Assembly (NCBI RefSeq): GCF_009914755.1
Contig: NC_060940.1
Length of the DNA stretch: 64,000 nt
Direction: 5' to 3' (one strand)
Source of the DNA: the human T2T-CHM13v2.0 reference genome, Homo sapiens
Part shown: piece by piece, positions 1-12,708 of the stretch
Position numbering within the stretch: position 1 is the stretch's first letter
How the letters are laid out: each line of letters opens with the position of its first letter
Position numbers and translations under genes: made by a program
Notes under the pieces: model-generated
The model's database searches: none
What the model saw: the letters and a program-made list of their open reading frames with translations, nothing else
Told to the model about the DNA's origin: nothing

Positions 1-49
1 TGATTCCATTCGAGTCCATTCGATGATTCTATTCGAATCCATTTGATAT

Positions 50-3000
50 TTCTTTTGATTATATTTGGTGATGATTCCATTGTGGTCCATTCAATGATTC
101 CATTCGATTCCAATCGATGGTGGTTCCATTAGAGTCCATTTAATGATTCCATTTGATTCCAGTCTCTGATGATTACATTCGAGTCCATACGATGATTCCA
201 CTCAATTCCATATGATGATGATTCCATTCGATTCCATTCGATGATTCCATTCTATTCTATTCAATGGTGATTCCATTCGAGTACATTAGATGATTCCATT
301 CGATTCCATTCAATGATGATTCTATTTGTGTCCCTTAGATGATTCCACATGATTCCATTAGATGATGATACTACTTGAGCCCATCCAATCATTCCCTTCG
401 ATTCCATTCGATGAGGATTCCATTCGATTCAATTCATTGGTGATTCTATTCAATTCAATTCTTTGATTCCATTCCATTCCATTCGACAATGATTCCATTC
501 GATTTCTTTCGATGATTCCACTCGATTCCACTTGACATTGATTCCATTCGATTCCATTCAATGATTCCATTTGATTCCAGTGGATGATGATTGCCATCGA
601 TTCCATTTGATCACTCCATTCTATTCCATTTGATGATGATTACATTCGATTCCATTTGATGATTCCATCTGATTCTATTCGAGGATTCCATTTGATTCCA
701 TTCGATGATGATTCCATTCGAGTCCATTCGATGATTTCATTCGAGTACATCCAATGATTCCATTCGAGTCCATTTGATGATTCCATTTCATTCCATTTGA
801 TTATGATTCTACTAGAGTCCATTCAATGACTCCATTCGAGTCCATTCAACAATTCCATCCGAGTCCATTCGATGATTCCATTCGTTTCCATTTGATGATT
901 CCATTCGAGTCCATTTAATCATTACAGTCGAGTCCATTTGGTGATTCCACTGGATTTCTTTTGATAATGATACCATTCAATTACATTTGATGATGATCCC
1001 ATTCAATTTCATTTGATGATGATTCCATTAGAGTCCATTCCATGATTTCATTCGAGTCCCTTCATTGATTCCATCCGATTTCATTTCATGATGACTCCAT
1101 TCGAGTCCATTCGATGATTCCACTCGATTCCATTAGATGATTCCATTGGAGTCCAGTTGATTGTTCCATTCGATTCCATTCGATTCCTTTCGAAGATTAT
1201 TCCATTTGAGTCCATTCGATGATGATTCCATTCCATTCCATTCGATGATTCCGTTTGATTCCATTCGATGATTCCCTGCGATTCCTTTCTATGATGATTC
1301 CATTCCATTCCATTCAATGATTCCATTCGAATCTATTCCATGATGATTCCTTTCGATTCCATTCGCTGATGTTTCCGTTCAATTCCATTCGATGATGATT
1401 CCATTCGATTCCATTCATTGAGGATTCCATTGGATTCCATTCAATGATGATTCCATTCTATTCCATTCAATGATTGCATTCAATTCCATTCAATGATTAT
1501 GCCATTAGAGTAAATTCAACGATTCCATTCAATACCATTCGATGATGATTCCTTTTGAGTCCATTCAATGATTTCATTCAAGTCCATTTGATGATTCCTT
1601 TCAATTCCATTCCATGATGATTCCATTCGAGTCCATTCGATGATTCCATTCGATTGCATTCGATGATTCCATTATATTCCATTCAACGATGATTCCATTC
1701 GAGTCCATTCGATGATTCCATTAGAGTACATTTAATGATTGCTTTGTTTTCAATTCGAAGATGATTACATTGGATTCCATTCTATGATTCCATTCGATTC
1801 CATTCATTGATGATTCCACCCAATTCCATTCGATGATGATTCCATTCGATTTCATTCAATGATTCTACTCGATTCCATTCAATGATGATTCAATTCTATT
1901 CCGTTTGATGATTCCATTAGATTCCATTCTATGATGATTCCATTCGAGTCCATTCGAAGATTTCATTCGATTACATTCCATGACGATTCCATTCGAGTCC
2001 ATTCGATGATTCCATTTGAATCCATTCGACGATGATTCCATTTGATGCTATCCGATGATTCCATTGGATTCCATTCGATGATGATTCCATTCGACTTGAT
2101 TTGATGTTTCTATTTGAGTCCATTCGGTTATTTTATTAGACTACATTCGATGATGATTCCATTCGATGCCATTCAATGATTCCATTTGATTCCACTCAAT
2201 GATGATTGCATTCGTGTCCATTCGATGATTCCATTTGGTTCCATTTGATGATGATTCCATTCGAGTCCATTCGATGATACCATTCAATTCCATTCGATGA
2301 TCATTCCATTCGAATCCATTTGATGATTCCACTCAATTCCATTTGATGACTCCTTTCATTCCCATTCGATGATTCCCTTCAGTTCCAATTGGATGATCTT
2401 TCCATTTGATTCAATATGGTGACTCCATTCTATTATATTCAATGATGATTCCATTCGACTCCATTAGATGATGACTCCATTCCATTCCATTCGATTGTGA
2501 TTTCATTCGATTCCATTCGAAGATGATTCCATTCGAGTCCATTTGATGATTCCATTCGATTCCATTCAATGATGATTCCACTCAAATCCATTGGATGATT
2601 CCATTCGTTTCCAATTGGTGATTTCATTAGATTCCATTCGAGGATGATTCTATTCGAGTCCATTCAATGATTCCATTGGATTCCGTTTGATAATGATTCC
2701 ATTAGAGTTCATTCGATGATTCCCTTCGAGTCCATTCGATTATTTCTTTTGATTCCATTTGATGATGATTCCATTCGATTCCATTCAATGATTCCATTCC
2801 ATTCCATTCGATGATGATTCCATTCGATAATGATTACATTCGAGCCCATGTGATGATTCCATTAGATTCTATTCAATGATGATTCCATTCGACCACATTC
2901 GATGATGGCATTCGAGTCCATTCGATGATTTCACTCGATTCCACTTGATGATGATTCCTTTTGAGTCCATTTGATGATTACATTCGAGTCCATGAGATGA

Positions 3001-6000
3001 CTCCATTCGATTCCATTTCATGATGATGCAATTCGAGGCTATTCGATCATCCCATTTTAGTGCATTCGGTGATTCTCTTTTATTACATTCGATGAGGGCT
3101 CCATTCGAGTCCATTCAATGATTCCATTAGATTCCACTCGATGATGATTCCATTTGAGTCCATTCAAAGATTCCTTTCGAGTCCATTCGATAATTCTATT
3201 GGATTCCACTAGGTGATGATTCCTTTCGAGTCAATTCGATGATTCCTTTCAAGTGCCTTCAATGATTCCATTCGATTCCATTCGATGACGATTCATTTCA
3301 AGTCCATTCAATGGTTCCATTCTGTTGAATTTGATGGTTCCATTTGATTCCATTCGATGATGATTCCATTCGTGTCCATTGGATGATTCCATTCGATTCC
3401 TTTCGAGGAAGATTCCATTCGACTCCATTCGATGATTCCGTTCGATTCCATTCCATGATGATTCCATTTGATTCCATTCCATGATTCCATTCGATACCAT
3501 TCGATGATGATTCCATTCGACTCCATTTGATGAATCCATTCAATGCTTCCATTCGAGTCCATTCGATGATTCCATTCGATTCCATTCCATGAAGATTCCA
3601 TTCGAGTACATTTGATGATTCCATTTAATTCCATAGGATGATGATTCTATTAGGGTCCGTTGACTATTCCATTCAATTCCATTCGAAGATTCCATTCGAG
3701 TCCACTCGATGATTCTATTTGATTCCATTTGATAATTCCATTCGATTCCATTTGATGTTGATTCCATTCGAGTCCATTCGATCATTATTACATTTGATTC
3801 TATTCGATGATTCCATTCGATTCCATTTGATGAGGATTCCATTCGAGACCATTTGATGATTCCATTCAATTCCATTGGATGATTCCAATATTTTCCATTA
3901 GATGATGATTCCATTCGATTCCATTCAATGATGATTCCATCAGAATCCATTCGATGATGACTCCTTTTGCTTCCATTCAATGATCATTACATTCGGTTCC
4001 ATTCGATGATGATTCCTTTGGATTCCATTCGATGATGCTTCCATTCGATTCCATTTGATGATGATTCTTTTCGATTCCATTTGATGATGATTCCATTTGA
4101 TTCCATTCGATGGTGATTCCATTTGATGATTCCATTCGATTGTATTCGATGATGATTCCACTCGATTCTATTTGACGATGACTGCATTCGATTCCATTTG
4201 ATGATTCCATTTGATTCCATTCGATGATGATTCTGATCAATTGCATTCGATGATCCATTCGATTCCATTTGATGGTTCCATTTGATTCCATTTGATAATG
4301 ATTCCTTTCGAGTCCATTCGATGATTCCATTTGCGGATATTCGATAATTCCATTTGAGTCCAACCGATGATTCCATTCGAGGCCATTCAATCATTCTTTT
4401 TGAGTCCTTTCGATAAAGATTCCATTTTAGTCCATTCAATAATTCCACTGGAGTCCATTCGATGATTGCTTTTAATTCCATTCGATGATATTCCATTCGA
4501 GTCCATTCGATGATTCCATTCGTTGCTACTAGATGATGATTCCATTCATGACCATTTAGTGATTCCATTCGATTTCATTCGTTGATGATTCCATTCGAGT
4601 CCATTCCATGATTCCATTCAAGTCCATTTGATGATTTCTTTGAATTCAATTCGATGATGATTCCATTCGAGTCCATTCGATGATTCCATTCAGTTCCATT
4701 CGATGATGATTCCTTTCGAGACCATATGATGATTCCATTTGATTTCATTCGATGATGATTCCATTCGATTCCATTCGATGATTCCATTCTATTCCATTCG
4801 ATGATGATTCCATTCGAGTCCATTTAATGATTCCATTGGGTTCAATTCAATGATGATTACATTGGATTCTCTTCTATGATACCATTCAATTCCGTTCATT
4901 GACAATTTGATTCCATTCGATGATGATTCCATTTGAGTTCATTCGATGATTCTATTCGATTCTCTTCGATGGTGATTCAATTCTATTATATTGGATGATT
5001 CCATTCGATTCCATTTGATGTTGATTCAATTCGATTCTCTTCGATGATGATTCCATTGGATTTCATTTGATGATTCTATTCGATTCCATTCAATGATGAT
5101 TCACTTCTCGTCCATTGGATGATTCCATTTCATTCCATTCGATGATGATTCCATTCGATTCCATTCGATGATTCCATTTGATTCCATTCGACGGTGAGCA
5201 ATTCGATTCAATTCCATGATGATTCTATTTGATTCAGTTAGATGATGTTTCCATTCGAATCCATTCCATGATTATTCCATTGGAATCCATTCGGCGATGA
5301 TTCCATATGAGTCAATTCAATGATGATTCCATATGGGTCAGTTCGATGATAATTCCATTTGATTTCATTCGATGCTTCTATTCAATTCCAGTCGATGATG
5401 ATTCCGTTGGAGTCCATACGATGACTCCATTTGATTTCATTTGATGATGATTCCATTCGATTCCATTCGATGACTCCATTCTGTTCCATTCGATGATGAT
5501 TCCATTCGAGTCCATTCGATGATTCCATTCGAGTCCATTTCATGATTCCATTGGGTTCAATTCGATGATGATTACACTGGATTCCATTCTATGATTCCAT
5601 TCAATTCCATTCGTTGATGATTCGATTCCATTCAATGATGATTCCATTTGAGTTCATTCGATGATTCTATTCGATTCCGTTTGATGGTGATTCAATTCTA
5701 TTATATTGGATGATTCCATTCGATTCCATTTGATGATGATTCCATTCGATTCCATTCGATGATGATTCCATTTGATTCCATTTGATGTTGATTCTATTCG
5801 ATTCTATTCAATGATGATTCCATTCGATTTCATTTGATGATTCTATTCGATTCCTTTCGATGATTCTATTCCATTCCATTCGATGATGATTCAATTCTCT
5901 TCCATTGGATGATTCCATTTTATTCCATTCGACGATGACTCCATTTGATTCCATTCAATGATGATTCCATTCGATTCCATTCGGTGATTCCATTTGATTC

Positions 6001-9000
6001 CATTCGACGGTGAGCAATTTGATTCAATTCCATAATGATTCTATTTGATTCAATTAGATGATGTTTCCATTCGAATCCATTCGGTGATGATTCCATTGGT
6101 ATCCATTCGACGATGATTCCATATGAGTCAATTCGATGATGATTCCATACGAGTCCGTTGGATGATAATTCCATTTGATTTCATTCAATCCTTCTATTCG
6201 ATTCCATTTGATGATGATTCCATCTGAATCCATTCTCCGATTCCATTCGATTTCATTCGATGCTTCTATTTGATTTCATTCGAAGATGATTCCTTTCAAT
6301 TCCGTTCATTAATTCCATTTGATTCCATTCGATGATGATTCCATCCGATTCCATTGGATGATGATTCCATTCGAGTCCATTCGTTGATTCCGTTCTAATC
6401 CATTCTATGATTCCATTCGAGTCCATTCGATGATTCCATTCGATTCCATTCAGTGATGATTCCATTTGATTCCATCTGATGATGATTTCATTTGATTCCA
6501 TTCGATGATGATTCCATTGGAGTCCATTGAATGATTCAATTCAATTCCATTCCATGTGGATTCCATTCGAATTCATTCGATTATTCCATTCAAATCCCTT
6601 CGTTGATTCCATCTGATTCCACTTGACGATGATTCCATTCAAGTCCAATCGATGATTCCATTCGGTTCCATTCAATGATTCCATTCGAGTCCATTTATGT
6701 ATTATATTCGTGTCCACTTGATGACTCCATTCAATTCCATTTAATGATGATTCCATTTGATGATTCAGTTCGATTCCTTACAATGATTCCCTACGATTCC
6801 TTTCTATGATGATTCCATTCGATTCCATTCATTGATGATTCCATTCGACTCCATTCAATGATGATTCCTTTCGATTCCATTTGACGATGTTTCCATTTGA
6901 GTCCATTCGATGATGATTCCATTGGTATCCATTCGACGATGATTCCATATGAGTCAATTCGATGATGATTCCATACGAGTCCGTTGGATGATAATTCCAT
7001 TTGATTTCATTCAATCCTTCTATTCGATTCCATTTGATGATGATTCCATCTGAATCCATTCTCCGATTCCATTCGATTTCATTCGATGCTTCTATTTGAT
7101 TTCATTCGAAGATGATTCCTTTCAATTCCATTCATTAATTCCATTTGATTCCATTCGATGATGATTCCATCCAATTCCATTGGATGATGATTCCATTCGA
7201 GTCCATTCGATGATTCCGTTCTAATCCATTCTATGATTCCATTCGAGTCCATTCGATGATTCCATTCGATTCCATTCAGTGATGATTCCATTTGATTCCA
7301 TCTGATGATGATTTCATTTGATTCCATTCGATGATGATTCCATTGGAGTCCATTGAATGATTCAATTCAATTCCATTCCATGTGGATTCCATTCGAATTC
7401 ATTCGATTATTCCATTCAAATCCCTTCGTTGATTCCATCTGATTCCACTTGACGATGATTCCATTCAAGTCCAATCGATGATTCCATTCGGTTCCATTCA
7501 ATGATTCCATTCGAGTCCATTTATGTATTATATTCGTGTCCACTTGATGACTCACTCCATTCAATTCCATTTAATGATGATTCCATTTGATTCCATTTGA
7601 TGATTCAGTTCGATTCCTTACAATGATTCCCTACGATTCCTTTCTATGATGATTCCATTCGATTCCATTCATTGATGATTCCATTCGACTCCATTCGATG
7701 ATGATTCCTTTCGATTCCATTTGACGATGTTTCCATTTGAGTCCATTCGATGATGATTCAATTCAGTTCTGTTCTATTGTGAATCCATTCGATTTCATTC
7801 AATGCTTCTATTTGATTCCATTCGACGATGATTCCATCTCTTTCCCTTCGATGATTCCATTTGATTCCATTCAGTGATGATTCCAGTTGATTCCATCTGA
7901 TGATGATTTCACTTGATTCATTTCAATGATGATTCCATTCAAGTCCATTCGATGATTCCATTGGAGTCCAAACGATCATTCCATTCGATTCCATTCAATG
8001 ATGATTCCATTCATGTCCATTCAATGAATCCTTTCAATTCCATTCGATGATGACTCCATTCGAGTACATTCGATGATTCCATTTGATTCCATTTGATGAT
8101 GATTACATTCAATTCCATTCGAAGATGATTCCATTCAATTCCACTTGATGATGATTCCGTATGAATCCATTCGCTGATTATTCCATTCGATTCCATTCAT
8201 TGACGATTCCATTCGATTCCATTCAATGATGATTCTCTTCTATTGCATTCGATGATTCCGTTCGATTCCATTCGATGATGATTCCATTAGATTCCATTCG
8301 ATTGTTGCATTCGATTCCCTTCGATGATGATTCCTTTGAATTCCATTCGATTATGATTCCGTATGAATCCATTTGATGATTATTCCATTGGATTCCTTTC
8401 GATGATGATTCCATTCGATTCCATTTGATGATGTTTCTCATGTATTCCATTTGATAATTCCTTTCAATTCCCTTCGATGATGATTCTTTCGAGTCAATTC
8501 GATGATTCTATTCCATTCCCTTCGATGATGATTCCATTTCACTCCATTCGATGATTCCATTCGATTCAATTTGGTGATGATTCAATTCGATGACATTCGA
8601 TGACTCCATTCAATTTCATTTGATGATGATTACATTCGAGTCCATTTGATGATTGTATTCCTTTCCTTTTGATGATTATTCCATTCGTGTCTATTCAAAG
8701 ATTCCATTCTATTCCATTCAATGATGATTCCAATTGATTCCATTCAATGATTATGGCTATCGATTCCACTCGTTGATTCCATTTGATTCCATTCGATGAT
8801 TATTCCGTTAGATTCCATTAGGAGATTCCATTCGATTTTATTCAATGATTCCAATTGATTCCATTCAATGATGATTCCATTCCACTCCGTTCAGTGATTC
8901 CATTTGAGTCCATTTGAGGATTCCATTCGAGTCCATTTGATGATTCCATTCTTTTCCATTTGATGATGATTCCATTAGGGTCCATTCAATGATTCCATTC

Positions 9001-12000
9001 GAGTCCATTCGTTAATGTCTTTCGAGTCCTTTTGATCACTACATTCGAGTCCATTCAATGATTCTATTCGATTCCATTCCATGATGATTCCATTCGAGTT
9101 CATTCGATGATTGCATTCGAGTCCATTTGATGATTCCATAAGATTCCATTCGACAATGATTCCATTCGTGTCCATTTGATGATTCCATTCATTTCCTATC
9201 GATGAAGATTCCATTCGAGTGTATTCGATGATTCCATTCAAATCCATTCGATGATGATTCCATTCCAGTCCATTCGATCATTCCACTTGATTCCATTTGA
9301 TGACTATTCCATTCAAATCCATTTGATGATTCCATTCGATTCCATTCGATGTTACCATTCCAGTATATACGATGATTCCACTCGATTCCATTTGATGATT
9401 ATTCCATTGGAGTCGACTTAGTGAATCCTTTAGATTCTACTCGAAGATGATTCCATTCGAGTCCATTCGATGATACCATTCAATTCCATTCGTTGATGCT
9501 TCCATTCAAGTGCATTCGATGATATCATTCGATTCCATTTGATGATAATTCCATTTGATTCCATGTGATGATTCTATTCCATTCCATTCAATGATAATTC
9601 CATTCAATTCAGTGATTCCTCTGGACTCCATTTGATGATGATTCCATTCAATGATTCCATTCGATTCTATTCGAAAATGATTCCATTTGAATCCATTTGA
9701 TGATGATTCCATTCGATTCCATTTGATGATTCCATTCGATTCCATTCGACGATGATTCCATTCGATTCCATTTGATGATTCCATTCTATTCTATTCGATG
9801 ATGATTCCATTCGATTCCATTCGATGATGATTGGATTCGATTCCATTTGATGATTTCATTTGATTCCATTCGATGATGATTTCGATCAATTCCATTCGAT
9901 GATTCCATTCGATTCCATTTGATAATGATTACATCCGAGTCCATTCGATGATTCCATTTGAGCCCGTTCGATAATTCCATTTGAGTCCAATCAATGATTC
10001 CATTCATTTCCATTCAATGATTCCATTCGAGTCCATTTGATCATTCCGGTAGGGTCCGTTCGATGTTGATTCCATTGGAGTGCATTCGATGATTCCATTC
10101 GAGTCCATTTTAGGATTTGATTCGAGTCCTTTCGATGATTCCATTCGATTCCACTCGATGCGATGATGATTTCATTCGAGTCCATTCGACACTTCCAATC
10201 GATTCCATTTGATGTTTCCATTCGACTCCAATTGATGATTCCATTCAATTCCATTCGATGATGATTCCGTACGATTCCATTCTGTGATGATTCCATGTGA
10301 TTGCATTCAATGATGATTCCTTTCGATTGCATTCGATTATGATTCATTTCGTGTTCATTCTATGGTTCCACAGGTTTCACATCGTGTCCATTCCATTATT
10401 CCATTCTATTCCATTTGATGATGATTCCATTCGATTCCATTCATTGGTGATTCCACTCAATTCCATTCAATGATTCCATTCCATTTCTTTCAACAATGAT
10501 TCCATTAGTTTCTAATCGATGATCCACTTGATTCCATTTGACGATGATTCCATTCTTGTCCATTCGATGATTCCATTTGATTCCATATGATGATGATTCC
10601 ATTCGATTCCATATGATGATGATGCCATTCGAGTCCATTCAATGGTGATTCCATTCAATTCCATTCGGTGATTCCTTTCGATTCCATTTGATGATGATGG
10701 CATTCGATTCCTTTCAATCATTCCCTTTGATTCCACTCAAAGGTGATTTCATTCAAGTCCATTCGATAATTGCATTCGATTCCATTCTATGATGATTCCA
10801 TTCGAGTCCATTTGATGATTCCATTCAATTCAAGTCAATGATGATTCCATTCGATTCCATTCGATGATTCCATTGGATTCCATTCGATGATGATTCCATT
10901 CAAATCCATTCGATAATTCAATTCACGTCCATTCGATGATGATTCCAATCGAATCCATTCAAAGATTCCATTCAATTCCATTCGATGATTCCCTTAGATT
11001 CCATTCGATGATTCCACTTGATTCCATTTACGATGATTCCATTCGATTCCATGTGATGATTCCATTCAATTCTATTCAATGATGTTTCCATTTGATTCCA
11101 TTCGACCATGATTGCCTTTGATTCCATTCAATGATTCCATTCGGTTCCTTTTGATGATGATTCCGTTCGATTCCATTTGATGATTCCATTTGATTCCATT
11201 GGATGAGTCCATTCGATTACATTCGATGATTATTCCATTCGAGTGCATTAGATGATTCCATTCGAGTCCATTCGATGATTCCATTCGAGTCCATTCGATG
11301 ATTCCATTCGATTCCATTCGATGTTGATTCTGTTCAAATCCATTCGATGATTCCACTCGATTCCATTCGATGACTCCATTTGATCCCATTCGATGATTTC
11401 CTTTGATTCCCTTTGATGATCATTCCATTTGATTCAATTCGGTGATTTCATTGGATTCCATTCAGTGATGTTTCCATTCGACTCCATTCGATGATGATTC
11501 CATTCGACTACATTCGATTATGATTTCATTCAATTCCATTCGATAAAGATTCCCTTCGAGTCCAATCGATGATTCCATTCGATTCCATTCAACGATGATT
11601 TGATTCGTGTCCATTCGATGATTCCATTTGATTCCACTTGATGAGGATTCCATTCGACTCCATTTGATGATTCCATTCAATTCCATTCTCCGATGATTTC
11701 TTTTGAGCCCATTCAATGCTTCCTCTCGATTACATATGATGATGACTCCATTCGATGAAACTCGATGATGATTCCATTCGCTTGCATTCGATGATGATTC
11801 CACTTGAGTCCGTTAGAAGATTCTATTCAATTACATTCCATGACGATTCCGTTCGAGTCCATTTGATGATTCCATTACACTCCATTCAACAATGATTCCA
11901 TTCAATGTTATTCGATGATTCCATTCGATCTCTTTCGATGATGATTCCATTCAACTCCATTCGATGTTTCCATTCGAGTTCATTCTATTATTCCATTAGA

Positions 12001-12708
12001 TTCCATTCGATGATGATTCCATTCGATTCCATTTGACGATTGCATTCTATTTCATTTGATGATGATTCCATTCGAGTCCATTCGATGATTCCATTCGAGT
12101 CCATTTAATGAATCCATTGGTTTCAATTCTATGATGATTATATTGGATTCCATTCGTTGATGATTTCATTCGATTCCATTCAATGATGATTCCATTCAAT
12201 TCCATTCAATGATTCCATTCAATTCCATACGATGATGATTCCATTTGATTTGATTCAACAGTGAGCCATTCGATTCAATTCCATGATGATTCTATTTGAT
12301 TCACTTGGTTGACATTTCCATTCGGTTCCATTCGATGATGATTCCATTTGATTCCATTCAAAGATGATTCCATTCTAGCCCATTCAATCATTCCATTCGA
12401 TTCTATTCAATGATGATTCCATTCATGTCGATTTGGTGATTCCATTTGACTTCATTTGATGATGATTCCTTTCAAGTTCATTAGATGATTCCATTCGATT
12501 CCATTTGATGATGATCCCATTCGAGTCCATTCAGTGATTCCACTCGTTTCCATTCCATGATGATTCCATTCCATTCCATTCAATGATTCCATTCGATTCC
12601 GTTTGATGATGATTTCATTCGAGTCCATTTGATGATTCCATTTGATTCCATTCGATGATGATTCCATTCGAGTCCATTCGATGATTCTATTCGAATCCAT
12701 TTGATGAT
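50..12708 (+). repeat. Diverged 12,659-bp higher-order unit (one full period)
   Basis: Landmark ORFs recur at +12,659 (358->13017, 640->13299, 1081->13740). It contains segments seen only once in the window (~2650-4655, ~5710-6060). Confidence 0.85.
6061..7750 (+). repeat. Near-identical 826-bp tandem duplication
   Basis: ORF offsets 6253->7079, 6541->7367 and 6174->7000 are all 826. Rare words (CCATGTGGATTCC, TTTATGTATTATATTCG, CCTTACAATG) occur in both copies. Confidence 0.9.

Noticed and set aside
6691-6712. AT-rich TTTATGTATTATATT word resembling a TATA element (also ~7,520, ~21,397, ~41,450)
   Set aside because: It is explicable as a mutated monomer propagated by duplication, and there is no other promoter evidence.
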